From Vibrio cholerae ATCC 14035 (GTDB lineage: Bacteria > Pseudomonadota > Gammaproteobacteria > Enterobacterales > Vibrionaceae): a DNA stretch of 32,000 nucleotides. The notes beneath the pieces are model-generated. The model saw only the letters and a program-made list of their open reading frames with translations, did not search any database and had not been told where the DNA came from. The DNA lies in NCBI RefSeq assembly GCF_000621645.1, contig NZ_KK211322.1:141717-173716 (forward strand), given 5' to 3'. The translations under genes and the position numbers were made by a program. Positions 18,332 through 27,734 of the stretch are shown here, one piece after another (positions within the stretch are counted from its first letter, which is position 1; each line of letters starts with the position of its first letter).

Positions 18332-20467
18332 TTCGAAAAACCAGTAGTAAAAACGTTTCAGTACGGTAACCACACCGTTACTCTCGAAACGGGTGTAATG
18401 GCTCGCCAAGCAACGGCAGCAGTAATGGCTACCATGGATGACACTGCGGTGTTTGTCTCTGTGGTCGGTAAGAAAGAAGCGGTAGTGGGTCAAGATTTCT
18501 TCCCTCTGACTGTAAACTACCAAGAGCGTACTTACGCGGCAGGTAAAATCCCTGGCGGTTTCTTTAAGCGCGAAGGCCGTCCTTCTGAAGGCGAAACGCT
18601 GATTGCTCGTCTGATTGACCGTCCAATTCGTCCGCTGTTCCCTGATGGTTTCACTAACGAAGTGCAAGTGATCGCGACTGTGGTTTCAGTAAACCCAGAC
18701 GTGCAACCTGACATCATCTCGATGATCGGTACTTCTGCAGCACTGGCGATTTCTGGACTCCCATTCAATGGTCCAATCGGTGCGGCTCGCGTAGGTCACA
18801 TTGATGGTCAATTGGTTCTGAACCCAAGTGAAAAAGAGCTGAAACAGTCTCGTTTGGATCTGGTGGTTGCGGGTACTGACAACGCAGTACTGATGGTGGA
18901 ATCAGAAGCACAAATTCTGACTGAAGAAGAGATGCTGGCTGCCGTTGTGTTTGGTCATGATCAACAACAAGCCGTGATCAAAGCAATCAATGAATTCGCA
19001 GCGGAAGTGGCAACACCAGCATGGGAATGGGTTGCACCAGCCGAGAACACTGAGCTGAAAGCGAAAGTGGCTGCTCTGGCAGAAACTCGTTTGGTGGAAG
19101 CGTACCAAATCACTGAGAAAATGGCGCGTTATGATCGTATCCATGCAATCAGTTCAGAAGTGACGGCGGCTCTGCTGGCTGAAAACGAAGCTTTAGACAC
19201 CAAAGAAATTCACACCATTTTCCACGATCTGGAAAAAACCGTTGTTCGTCGCAGCATCATCGCGGGTAACCCACGTATCGATGGCCGTGAAAAAGACATG
19301 GTTCGTGCTCTGGACGTTCGTACTGGCGTTCTACCACGTACTCACGGCTCTGCTCTGTTCACACGTGGTGAAACTCAGGCTCTGGTTACAGCAACTCTAG
19401 GCACTCAACGTGATGCGCAAATCATCGATGAGCTGACTGGCGAGAAGAAAGATCACTTCCTACTGCACTACAACTTCCCTCCATACTGTGTGGGTGAAAC
19501 GGGTTTTGTGGGTTCTCCTAAGCGTCGTGAAATCGGTCACGGCCGTTTGGCGAAGCGTGGTATTGCTGCGGTTATGCCATCACCAGAAGAGTTCCCGTAC
19601 ACAGTTCGTGTCGTTTCTGAAATCACGGAATCTAACGGTTCATCTTCAATGGCTTCTGTGTGTGGTTCATCGCTTGCTCTGATGGATGCTGGTGTTCCAA
19701 TCAAGGCTTCTGTTGCGGGTATCGCAATGGGTCTGGTGAAAGAAGAAAATGATTTTGTGGTTCTGTCTGACATTCTGGGTGATGAAGATCACCTAGGCGA
19801 CATGGACTTTAAAGTCGCAGGTACCGCGACAGGTGTTACTGCACTGCAGATGGACATCAAGATCGAAGGCATCACCAAAGAGATCATGCAAATCGCTCTG
19901 AACCAAGCGAAAGGTGCTCGTCTACACATTCTGTCTGTGATGGATCAAGCGATCTCTGCAGCGCGTAGCGATATCTCTGAATTTGCGCCACGTATCCACA
20001 CGATGAAGATCAGCGTTGAGAAGATCAAAGACGTGATCGGTAAAGGTGGTGCGGTAATTCGTCAGTTGACGGAAGAAACGGGTACCACCATCGAGATCGA
20101 AGATGACGGCACGATCAAGATTGCTGCGACTGACGGCGATCAAGCGAAAGAAGCGATCCGCCGTATTCAAGAGATCACCGCCGAAGTTGAAGTGGGCGTG
20201 ATCTACACTGGTAAAGTAGCTCGTTTGGCAGACTTTGGTGCGTTTGTAACGATTCTTCCTGGTAAAGATGGTCTAGTACACATCTCTCAAATCGCTGACA
20301 AGCGCGTAGAGAAAGTGTCTGACTACCTGACTGAAGGCCAAGAAGTTCAAGTTAAAGTGCTGGAAATCGACCGCCAAGGCCGTGTACGTCTAAGCATGAA
20401 AGAAGCGGTTGAAACTTCTGATGCAGCAGCAGAAGTGGCACCACAAGCGGCACCACAAGCGGAATAA
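18329..20467 (+). CDS. pnp: Polyribonucleotide nucleotidyltransferase (PNPase)
   Basis: 712 aa. Two RNase PH domains, then KH and S1 domains (GKV.R...[17 protein letters not shown]). Confidence 0.97.
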   Translation: MFEKPVVKTFQYGNHTVTLETGVMARQATAAVMATMDDTAVFVSVVGKKEAVVGQDFFPLTVNYQERTYAAGKIPGGFFKREGRPSEGETLIARLIDRPIRPLFPDGFTNEVQVIATVVSVNPDVQPDIISMIGTSAALAISGLPFNGPIGAARVGHIDGQLVLNPSEKELKQSRLDLVVAGTDNAVLMVESEAQILTEEEMLAAVVFGHDQQQAVIKAINEFAAEVATPAWEWVAPAENTELKAKVAALAETRLVEAYQITEKMARYDRIHAISSEVTAALLAENEALDTKEIHTIFHDLEKTVVRRSIIAGNPRIDGREKDMVRALDVRTGVLPRTHGSALFTRGETQALVTATLGTQRDAQIIDELTGEKKDHFLLHYNFPPYCVGETGFVGSPKRREIGHGRLAKRGIAAVMPSPEEFPYTVRVVSEITESNGSSSMASVCGSSLALMDAGVPIKASVAGIAMGLVKEENDFVVLSDILGDEDHLGDMDFKVAGTATGVTALQMDIKIEGITKEIMQIALNQAKGARLHILSVMDQAISAARSDISEFAPRIHTMKISVEKIKDVIGKGGAVIRQLTEETGTTIEIEDDGTIKIAATDGDQAKEAIRRIQEITAEVEVGVIYTGKVARLADFGAFVTILPGKDGLVHISQIADKRVEKVSDYLTEGQEVQVKVLEIDRQGRVRLSMKEAVETSDAAAEVAPQAAPQAE

Positions 20468-20530
20468 TTTTCCGTTGCTAGAGCAAAAACAACACGGCTT
20501 TTACTTTTCATAATAAAAGCGTGCTATAAA

Positions 20531-20555
20531 GGGAGCGTTATTCGCTCCCTTTTTT
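20531..20555 (+). terminator. Rho-independent terminator of pnp
   Basis: GGGAGCG-TTATT-CGCTCCC followed by TTTTTT. Confidence 0.85.
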
Positions 20556-20582
20556 ATGCGAAATCCCACAGGAGTATGATGA

Positions 20583-21494
20583 GTGAAATGGTTTCGATTC
20601 CCGATAGCGGTGATAGGATTGGTTCTGCTGTCAGGGTGTGCCACGCAGAATGAATCTGCAACCCAATGGCTTTACCCGCCAATGGCGGTGCCGCTGCAAG
20701 CGTCGATTCAACAAGAAGTGCAAATCGCCCGCTTAAGCCAATTATTACAGCGCACGGATCTTGAGCCTGAGATACGCGCTAAAATGCTGTTCGAACGTGG
20801 CAATTATTACGACAGTGTCGGTTTACGTGATTTGGCTCGGCTCGATTTTACTCAATCGCTCTCGATTAACCCTGCGCAGCCCGATGTGTTTAACTTGCTA
20901 GGGGTGTATTACACCGAAGCGGGCGAGTTTGACGCCGCGTATGAATCCTTCGATTCGACGTTAGAATTGGATCCTAGTAACGAGTATGCCGTGCGCAATC
21001 GCGCCATCGCGCTTTACTATGGCGAGCGCCCACAACTGGCACTCGAAGAGATCACTAAGCACTATCAACAAGACCCACAAGATCCTTTTCGGGCGCTGTG
21101 GCTGTACATCATAGAAAGCGATATTGACCTGACAAAAGCGCGTACAGAACTGCTTGAACGCTATCAGCAGCACGATGAACAGTGGGGCTGGGTGCTGGTA
21201 GGACTGATGTTGGATCAACTCTCGGAAGAGGTCGCATTCAAAGCCATTATTGCGGGCTCTCGAGAAAATGAGCTATTAGCACAGCGCCTCACAGAGGCTT
21301 ATTTCTACCTAGGTAAGCGTTATCAAATGCAAGGAGAACTGGCCCATGCTCTCTCTTTGTATAAGCTCGCGATTTCCTTCAATGTGTATGAATATGTGGA
21401 GCATCGCTATGCTTTTCTTGAGCTAGGGCACATCTATCAACAAGCCCGTGAAGAGCAGTTAGCGCGCGCGAAAGCCGAAGCAATGACACAATAG
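20583..21494 (+). CDS. nlpI: Outer-membrane TPR lipoprotein NlpI
   Basis: 303 aa, GTG start 8 nt after an AGGAG RBS. Lipobox LLSGC, TPR repeats, colinear with E. coli NlpI (ERG..YDS.GLR.LAR.DF.Q.L.I.P, VEHRYA.LEL). Confidence 0.93.
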   Translation: MKWFRFPIAVIGLVLLSGCATQNESATQWLYPPMAVPLQASIQQEVQIARLSQLLQRTDLEPEIRAKMLFERGNYYDSVGLRDLARLDFTQSLSINPAQPDVFNLLGVYYTEAGEFDAAYESFDSTLELDPSNEYAVRNRAIALYYGERPQLALEEITKHYQQDPQDPFRALWLYIIESDIDLTKARTELLERYQQHDEQWGWVLVGLMLDQLSEEVAFKAIIAGSRENELLAQRLTEAYFYLGKRYQMQGELAHALSLYKLAISFNVYEYVEHRYAFLELGHIYQQAREEQLARAKAEAMTQ

Positions 21495-21511
21495 TTTCAC
21501 CTCTCTCTGAT

Positions 21512-21539
21512 AAAAAAGCCGCATCTTGCGGCTTTTTTT
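21512..21539 (+). terminator. Rho-independent terminator of nlpI
   Basis: AAAAAAGCCGCA-TCT-TGCGGCTTTTTTT. Confidence 0.88.
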
Positions 21540-21559
21540 GTTGCTAGGACTCTGGCAGA

Positions 21560-21580
21560 ATAGTTAGCCTTGCTAACTAT
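21560..21580. promoter_or_regulatory. Perfect palindrome abutting the MarR-family gene start (candidate autoregulatory operator)
   Basis: ATAGTTAGC-CTT-GCTAACTAT: 9-bp arms at 21560-68 and 21572-80. The half-site GCTAACTA recurs at 22020-22027 in front of the MATE gene. Confidence 0.45.
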
Positions 21581-22000
21581 GTGTTATCGAATATGCTCGA
21601 TGTTAATTTAGAAAAAATGGAACGCTTTGCCGCCAAAGTTTGGCGTAAATATGGCAAAGAAGATCCTCTTGCTCAGCTCAGTTTTAATGAATATGACTAC
21701 CTGAAAGTGATTCAAAGCGCCCCTCAAGCGATCCGTTTAACCGATTTAGCACTGGCGTTAGAAGTGAGTAAGCCCTCTGCCTCTAACATGCTGAAGAGGC
21801 TTGAACGGCGAGGTTTAGTGAAACGCGTTCAGTGCCAATCTGATGCGCGTTCTCAATTGTTTGAGCTGACGGAACAAGCGGAGTTACATCTGGCGAGTGA
21901 AGCTAAGGTTTATCAGATTTTGGCAGAACAAGTCGCGCAGAATTTATCTTCTGAAGAAGCGATGATGCTGGACTTGTTATTGGGTAAAGCCCTGCGCTAG
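21581..22000 (+). CDS. MarR-family winged-helix transcriptional regulator
   Basis: About 135-139 aa. wHTH core LTDLALALEVSKPSASNMLKRLERRGLVKRVQ..DARS. The start is uncertain: GTG 21581, ATG 21593 or ATG 21617. Directly upstream of an efflux pump gene. Confidence 0.8.
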   Translation: MLSNMLDVNLEKMERFAAKVWRKYGKEDPLAQLSFNEYDYLKVIQSAPQAIRLTDLALALEVSKPSASNMLKRLERRGLVKRVQCQSDARSQLFELTEQAELHLASEAKVYQILAEQVAQNLSSEEAMMLDLLLGKALR

Positions 22001-22046
22001 TCAGGTTTTTATTAGATAGGCTAACTAACTAAATAGATATGTTTGT

Positions 22047-23384
22047 ATGATGAATCGATCGATTTACCGACAGTTTGTTCGCTACACCATTCCTACGGTG
22101 GCTGCGATGCTGGTTAATGGTCTGTATCAAGTGGTGGATGGCATCTTCATTGGCCATTATGTGGGCGCTGAGGGATTAGCTGGCATTAACGTGGCTTGGC
22201 CTGTGATCGGTACCATCCTCGGGATCGGTATGCTGGTTGGGGTGGGCACTGGAGCTCTGGCTTCAATCAAACAGGGGGAAGGCCATCCTGACAGTGCTAA
22301 GCGTATTCTGGCCACTGGGTTGATGAGTTTGCTGCTACTTGCCCCTATCGTGGCTGTGATTTTGTGGTTTATGGCGGATGACTTCTTGCGTTGGCAAGGC
22401 GCTGAAGGAAGGGTGTTTGAATTAGGCCTGCAGTACCTACAAGTGTTAATTGTTGGCTGTTTGTTCACCTTAGGCTCGATTGCGATGCCGTTTTTGCTAC
22501 GTAACGATCACAGCCCCAATTTGGCTACGTTATTAATGGTGATTGGTGCACTGACCAATATCGCACTTGATTACCTGTTTATCGCTTGGCTGCAATGGGA
22601 GCTGACCGGTGCAGCGATCGCCACCACTCTTGCGCAGGTGGTGGTCACGTTATTAGGCTTGGCGTATTTCTTTTCTGCCCGAGCCAATATGCGTTTAACT
22701 CGTCGTTGCTTAAGGTTGGAGTGGCACTCGTTACCCAAGATCTTCGCGATTGGCGTCTCAAGCTTTTTTATGTACGCCTACGGTTCCACCATGGTCGCGC
22801 TGCACAACACCTTGATGATCGAGTACGGCAACGCCGTCATGGTCGGTGCTTATGCGGTGATGGGTTACATAGTGACGATCTACTACCTGACCGTTGAAGG
22901 TATTGCGAATGGTATGCAGCCGCTGGCCAGCTACCATTTTGGGGCGCGTAATTACGATCACATCCGTAAGTTATTACGCTTGGCGATGGGGATTGCCGTA
23001 CTGGGAGGGATGGCGTTTGTGCTGGTGCTAAACCTCTTCCCTGAGCAGGCGATTGCGATATTTAACTCCAGCGACAGCGAATTGATCGCCGGAGCGCAAA
23101 TGGGCATTAAGCTGCACCTGTTTGCGATGTATCTTGATGGTTTCTTAGTGGTGAGCGCGGCGTATTACCAATCCACCAATCGCGGTGGCAAAGCCATGTT
23201 TATTACCGTGGGGAATATGTCGATCATGTTACCCTTCTTGTTTATTTTGCCGCAGTTTTTTGGGCTGACAGGGGTATGGATCGCCTTACCCATCTCCAAT
23301 ATTGTGCTGAGCACTGTGGTCGGCATTATGCTCTGGCGCGATGTGAACAAAATGGGGAAACCTACCCAAGTTTCCTATGCATGA
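22047..23384 (+). CDS. MATE-family multidrug/toxic-compound efflux transporter
   Basis: 445 aa, about 12 predicted hydrophobic segments. N-terminal MATE signature (F.RY.IP...AML.NGLY..VD.IF.GH.VG..GLA). Weak RBS. Confidence 0.88.
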   Translation: MMNRSIYRQFVRYTIPTVAAMLVNGLYQVVDGIFIGHYVGAEGLAGINVAWPVIGTILGIGMLVGVGTGALASIKQGEGHPDSAKRILATGLMSLLLLAPIVAVILWFMADDFLRWQGAEGRVFELGLQYLQVLIVGCLFTLGSIAMPFLLRNDHSPNLATLLMVIGALTNIALDYLFIAWLQWELTGAAIATTLAQVVVTLLGLAYFFSARANMRLTRRCLRLEWHSLPKIFAIGVSSFFMYAYGSTMVALHNTLMIEYGNAVMVGAYAVMGYIVTIYYLTVEGIANGMQPLASYHFGARNYDHIRKLLRLAMGIAVLGGMAFVLVLNLFPEQAIAIFNSSDSELIAGAQMGIKLHLFAMYLDGFLVVSAAYYQSTNRGGKAMFITVGNMSIMLPFLFILPQFFGLTGVWIALPISNIVLSTVVGIMLWRDVNKMGKPTQVSYA

Positions 23385-23400
23385 AAAGGAAAAGGCAAAT

Positions 23401-23428
23401 AAAAAGGGTTGCTGATGAGCAACCCTTT
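23401..23428. terminator. Shared terminator hairpin between the MATE gene (+) and ubiV (-)
   Basis: 10-bp stem AAGGGTTGCT / AGCAACCCTT (23404-13 / 23418-27). A5 on the left gives a good U-tract for the minus-strand transcript. Only TTT follows on the plus strand. Confidence 0.75.
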
Positions 23429-23436
23429 GGTAAACC

Positions 23437-24315
23437 TTAGCTATTTTTAACGGCCAAACCAGCTAATTGATGCCAGTAACCGTTGCACTGATGGCTGGTA
23501 ATCGGCTGCGGCTTCAGCCCTTGTTCATTGGCTTTGAATTGCTCAAGATGTTGGAACGTCTCAACGCCGAGTGGGCTTAAACGCACCACATCGACCAATC
23601 CGGCCATACTTGGTAAATCGTTGACCAAGTTGTAGCAGTAACCCGACTGGGTTTGAATACCATTGAGATTAAATACCGATTGCCCCTCTTGGCTCGCGAC
23701 TTGAATGCCCGTCGGGTAGCGAATACAGCAGGTCTCACATTCGTCTTTAGCGCGGTTTTCGGCGCGAGCGGTAAAGCAGCGCGCCGAATAAGCCAGCGGT
23801 AAATAGCCGTGGCTAAACACTTCTACTTCAAATTGTCCGCGAATATTGAGCTCATCACACTGTTGTAAGGTGTTGATTAGCCAGTCTCGTGACAGCTCAA
23901 CTGGCATACACCAACGGATCATGCCTTGTTTTAAAAACAGCTTGAGAGTGTGTGCGTTATAGGTATTGACGGCCGGCCCGACGATAAAAGGAAGGCCTTT
24001 TTCGTGCGCCATCTGAATAGCGGAAACATCATTGGCTTCAATCGCGAAGTCACCGTTATCGATGTACTTCTTCATCACATTGATTTCACTTGGCGCTTCA
24101 AGCAGTGCCATAGTAGAAAGCACCACTTGTTTGCCAGCAGCAGAGAGGGATTTGGCAATCTCAAACCAGTGTTGTGGTTTCATTTCACGGCGCTTCGAGC
24201 AGACGGTTTCACCAAGATAAATGACATCCGCCATGCTGGCGGCGGCTTGAGTATAGAAACTTTCAACGTCCTGTTTTGGCCAGAAATAGAGTAGTGGACC
24301 TAAAGCATATTTCAT
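23437..24315 (-). CDS. ubiV: U32-family protein UbiV (YhbV), O2-independent ubiquinone hydroxylation
   Basis: 292 aa from the ATG at 24315 (MKYALGPLLYFWPK...), colinear with E. coli YhbV including the Cys cluster (ARCFTAR...DECETCC). The ORF-track start at 24402 overlaps ubiU and has no homology. Confidence 0.92.
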   Translation of the reverse strand: MKYALGPLLYFWPKQDVESFYTQAAASMADVIYLGETVCSKRREMKPQHWFEIAKSLSAAGKQVVLSTMALLEAPSEINVMKKYIDNGDFAIEANDVSAIQMAHEKGLPFIVGPAVNTYNAHTLKLFLKQGMIRWCMPVELSRDWLINTLQQCDELNIRGQFEVEVFSHGYLPLAYSARCFTARAENRAKDECETCCIRYPTGIQVASQEGQSVFNLNGIQTQSGYCYNLVNDLPSMAGLVDVVRLSPLGVETFQHLEQFKANEQGLKPQPITSHQCNGYWHQLAGLAVKNS

Positions 24316-24326
24316 GATCGTTGCCC

Positions 24327-25340
24327 TTATTGCCATTGACGGTGATAGGCACCAAGTGTGGTTTGGGTACCTTCTGAGACATTGGCCAGTGCCGCATTCC
24401 ATTTGGGTTCGACATGGTATTGCGCAGGATTGGCTAAGTAGCGATCAATCGCGGCACGCCAAGTGCGGGTGACTTGTTCGACATACGCAGGGCTTCGTTG
24501 ACGCCCCTCAATTTTTACTGAAGCCACATTGGCGGCAAACAGCTCTGGCAGCAGTGACAAGGTATTTAAACTGGTTGGCTCTTCAAGAGCGTGATAGCAC
24601 TTTCGTTCACCTTCAATATCCGTGATGAAGCGCCCTTTACACAGGGTTGGATAACCTGCATTTTCCCCCGCCGCATACTTATCAATCAAAATTTCGTTCA
24701 AGCGAGATTCAAGCCCTGATTCTGTCTCTTGCCAGCGTACATATTTGGCGGGAGAGCAAGCTCCAACCGTATTAGGCGACTCACCCGTCATGTAAGAGGA
24801 GAGATAACAGCGGCCTTCCGACATGATGCACAAGCTGCCAAAAGCGAACACTTCCAGCTCGACACCTTGTGGAATATTACGCGAAAGCTGCTTCACCTGA
24901 TGAATGGAAAGCACGCGCGGCAGAACGACACGTTTGACGTTAAAATTCTGATGATAAAATTCAACGGCTTTCACGTTGGTGGCTGATGCTTGCACGGAAA
25001 GGTGCAGTTCAAGGTGTGGGTAGTGGCGCGCCGCATACTCCAGCACGGCAATATCGGCAATGATCAAGGCATCAACCCCGAGATCGGCCGCTTGATCTAC
25101 CGCGTTAGTCCAGCGCTCGAAACCATTAGGATGGGCGAAGGTGTTGAGTGCAATATGAATTTTTTTATTGTGGTCGTGCACGTAATCCACCGCTTTTTCG
25201 AGCTTTTTGCCGCTAAAATTAAGGCCGGCAAAGTGGCGAGCGTTGGTATCATCTTTGAAACCGATATAAACCGCATCGGCACCACAATCAATCGCTGTTT
25301 TCAGGGCCGGCAAATTTCCGGCCGGACAGAGAAGTTCCAT
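24327..25340 (-). CDS. ubiU: U32-family protein UbiU (YhbU), O2-independent ubiquinone hydroxylation
   Basis: 337 aa: MELLCPAGNLPALK.AI..GADAVYIG.KDDTNARHFAGLNF..., FGSLCIMSEGRCYLSSY.TGESPNT.GACSP, ...TTLGAYHR.WQ. Near-colinear with E. coli YhbU. Confidence 0.94.
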   Translation of the reverse strand: MELLCPAGNLPALKTAIDCGADAVYIGFKDDTNARHFAGLNFSGKKLEKAVDYVHDHNKKIHIALNTFAHPNGFERWTNAVDQAADLGVDALIIADIAVLEYAARHYPHLELHLSVQASATNVKAVEFYHQNFNVKRVVLPRVLSIHQVKQLSRNIPQGVELEVFAFGSLCIMSEGRCYLSSYMTGESPNTVGACSPAKYVRWQETESGLESRLNEILIDKYAAGENAGYPTLCKGRFITDIEGERKCYHALEEPTSLNTLSLLPELFAANVASVKIEGRQRSPAYVEQVTRTWRAAIDRYLANPAQYHVEPKWNAALANVSEGTQTTLGAYHRQWQ

Positions 25341-25447
25341 AGCGTAAGGCTCTGAATTCAGGGAATAGTGAACGCATTTTAGGAAGGATTGAGTCTCCCC
25401 GATTTGATGTAAGGCAGGTTTCCACCAATCAGAGTAAAATTAACCCC

Positions 25448-27502
25448 TTAGAGGGATTTGCGATGGCGGCGATTTTGCGCAAACAACTCTTCCACTTCGT
25501 GCTTCGGTTGTGGGCGATAAAAATGGAAGCCTTGGATGGAGTGGCAATTTAGGTTGGAGAGTAAAGTGGCTTGTTGCTGAGTTTCTACTCCTTCTGCAAC
25601 TACGGTCAGGTTCAGTGAGCGCCCCAAATTAATGATGTTTTCAATCACCGTGAGCTGTTTGGGTAGAGTGTCGATATTACTGATAAACGCGCGGTCGATT
25701 TTGAGCTCATCGATCGGGAAGCGAGCTAAATAAGCCAGCGACGAGTAACCTGTACCGAAGTCATCAATTGACAAGGTGAAGCCGAGTTTCTTGATGGCAT
25801 TGAGCATTTGCTGGGTATGTTCACTATCGCTCATCACCGCACTTTCGGTCAGTTCAAATGTGATGTTGTTGGGATCTAGCCCAGTTGTTCGCAGTAGTTT
25901 TTCTAAATAATCAATCAGTTGAGGATTGCCAAACTGCTCGGGGGAGATGTTGATCGCCACACGTCCGGGTAAAATGCCTTGTAGCTTCCAGCGCTTGACG
26001 GTCGCGAAGACTTCACGCATAACCACGCGACCCAAATGTTCGATTAAGCCGGCTTTTTCCGCAACGGGAATGAAAGCACCTGGGCTGATATAGCCTTCAA
26101 CGGGATGTTTCCAGCGTACCAAGGCTTCTGCGCCATTGATGCTAAAATCACGCGCGTTGACTTTCGGTTGGTACCACACTTCTAGGCCGTTTTGTTGTAG
26201 CGCTTTTTGCAGTTCAATTTCCAACCAAAGGCGCATCCGCGCTTCTTTGTTCATCTGATCATTGAATTTGATCAGGCGATTGCGACCGCGCTCTTTAGCC
26301 TCATACATCGCGGTATCGGCATTTTGCAGTAATACGCGAGCATCATTGCCGTCACCGGGATAACGCACGCTGCCAATCGAACAAGCTAAACGCTTACTGA
26401 AATGGTGCAGGTCAAAAGGCTGATTAATCAAAGAGATAATGCGATCTGCCAACATTTCTGCAGAGCGGTTGTGTTCTGGCTCCGGCAAGATCAAACCAAA
26501 CTCATCACCGCCCAAATGGCCAAGTACGGCTTGCTGTGGCAGTAAGCGTTTTAAACGTGCCGCCACCTCTTTAATCACTTTGTCACCGATGTGATGGCCG
26601 AGAGAGTCATTGATGTTTTTGAAGTTATCAATGTCCAGATAGAGCATAACCAAAGGCGTCTCATTTTGGATGCACTGCTCTAAGCGCTTGGTAAACCCGT
26701 GTCGGTTATACAGCCCAGTGAGGCTATCAATATGCGCATCGACTTGAGTGGTCGCAGAAAACTGTTTTGGGGCTTCATCGGCATCTTGCAATAAGATCAA
26801 CTGCGACTGATTACCGAGTAAAGAGGTGCAACCTGCGTGTAACTGGATTTTCCGTTCAAACCCACACCTTGGCCCGGTCAAGCACACCAAGGGTTTTTCT
26901 GTCAGTAGCGAAGCCAACTGCGATGAAAAAACGGTTTTGGTCTTTTCATCAATAAACAGTCTGGAGAGATTTTCTCCGAGCAGTTTTTGTGCGTCGTCAA
27001 AACCGAGTAAACGTGCAGCGGAAGGGTTGGCAGAAATAATGCAGTCATTTTCCACCATCATTAAACCATCAGGTAGCAGTGTCGTGAGGAGTGCGTATTT
27101 GCTTTCCGATTCTTCCAGAGAGCGCACTAAAATCTGCTTTTCTGAGGTATCAATCGCGTGGAATACAAGGTATTGCACCCGATCGTTGATCATGATGGGG
27201 GAGAGAGAAAAGTGTAAGCTGGTTTCGAGGTCGATTTCGCTGAGGGTCAGCTCGGACTCAATATGCTCGTTGTTAAACGCACGTTCGTAAAACGGTTTGA
27301 GATGGCGATAAAAATGTTCGCCCAGAACCTGACTATCGCTCATCCCGACCATCTCTTCGCTAGAGAGACCGGCGATATCACAATAGCGCTCGTTGACCAT
27401 CACGTATTGGTGTTGATCATTGAGGATTGCAAAAAAGAACGGACTGTGTGACGTAATTTTTGCAAACCAATGCTTGAGCTGAGATGAGGTTTGAGCAGGC
27501 AT
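25448..27502 (-). CDS. rocS: Cytoplasmic PAS-PAS-GGDEF-EAL c-di-GMP turnover protein
   Basis: 684 aa. Two N-terminal PAS-like regions. GGDEF domain with an intact GGDEF motif (HLGGDEFGL) and no RxxD I-site just upstream. EAL domain with EALVRW, ELTES, DDFGTGYSS, KIDRAF, EGVET and QGF motifs intact. The symbol comes from my recollection of the V. cholerae locus between yhbU and yhbT homologues. Confidence 0.85.
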   Translation of the reverse strand: MPAQTSSQLKHWFAKITSHSPFFFAILNDQHQYVMVNERYCDIAGLSSEEMVGMSDSQVLGEHFYRHLKPFYERAFNNEHIESELTLSEIDLETSLHFSLSPIMINDRVQYLVFHAIDTSEKQILVRSLEESESKYALLTTLLPDGLMMVENDCIISANPSAARLLGFDDAQKLLGENLSRLFIDEKTKTVFSSQLASLLTEKPLVCLTGPRCGFERKIQLHAGCTSLLGNQSQLILLQDADEAPKQFSATTQVDAHIDSLTGLYNRHGFTKRLEQCIQNETPLVMLYLDIDNFKNINDSLGHHIGDKVIKEVAARLKRLLPQQAVLGHLGGDEFGLILPEPEHNRSAEMLADRIISLINQPFDLHHFSKRLACSIGSVRYPGDGNDARVLLQNADTAMYEAKERGRNRLIKFNDQMNKEARMRLWLEIELQKALQQNGLEVWYQPKVNARDFSINGAEALVRWKHPVEGYISPGAFIPVAEKAGLIEHLGRVVMREVFATVKRWKLQGILPGRVAINISPEQFGNPQLIDYLEKLLRTTGLDPNNITFELTESAVMSDSEHTQQMLNAIKKLGFTLSIDDFGTGYSSLAYLARFPIDELKIDRAFISNIDTLPKQLTVIENIINLGRSLNLTVVAEGVETQQQATLLSNLNCHSIQGFHFYRPQPKHEVEELFAQNRRHRKSL

Positions 27503-27734
27503 TTAAAATACTACCAACTGTCCGTGCGCGACGACGTTTATAATATCCCCTTTAACAGCGTATGTCGTTGGGGTATAGCGTTACCAATTCGGTAACATGA
27601 TTAACTATAACTGTGATTTCCACAGTAGAAAAGGATCTTGGCCTGAAGTTATTTTTTGATACATAACAGGAATCCAGGTGCTGACATCCAGTATGATGGG
27701 CGCAGATTGACTAACAAGGTAACGGATAACGCTC

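Noticed and set aside
24316-24402. N-terminal extensions of ubiV (to 24402), yhbS (from 28198), rimI (from 29228), ompU (to 3964), rbfA (from 16207) and secG (from 10660).
   Set aside because: In each case the homologous protein starts at the internal ATG. The extension overlaps the upstream gene or its RBS and adds non-homologous residues.
25352-25361. 10-bp palindrome CTGAATTCAG just upstream of the ubiU start.
   Set aside because: It is short and contains an EcoRI site by chance-level symmetry. It cannot form an RNA hairpin because it has no loop, and it has no partner motif elsewhere in the window.
27656-27669. Possible FNR box TTGAT-ACAT-AACAG about 70 bp upstream of ubiT. E. coli ubiT and ubiUV are FNR-controlled.
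   Set aside because: Only the left half-site matches; the right half is 3/5. I found no TTGAT-N4-ATCAA in either the rocS-ubiT or the rocS-ubiU spacer, so an FNR claim is not supportable from sequence alone.
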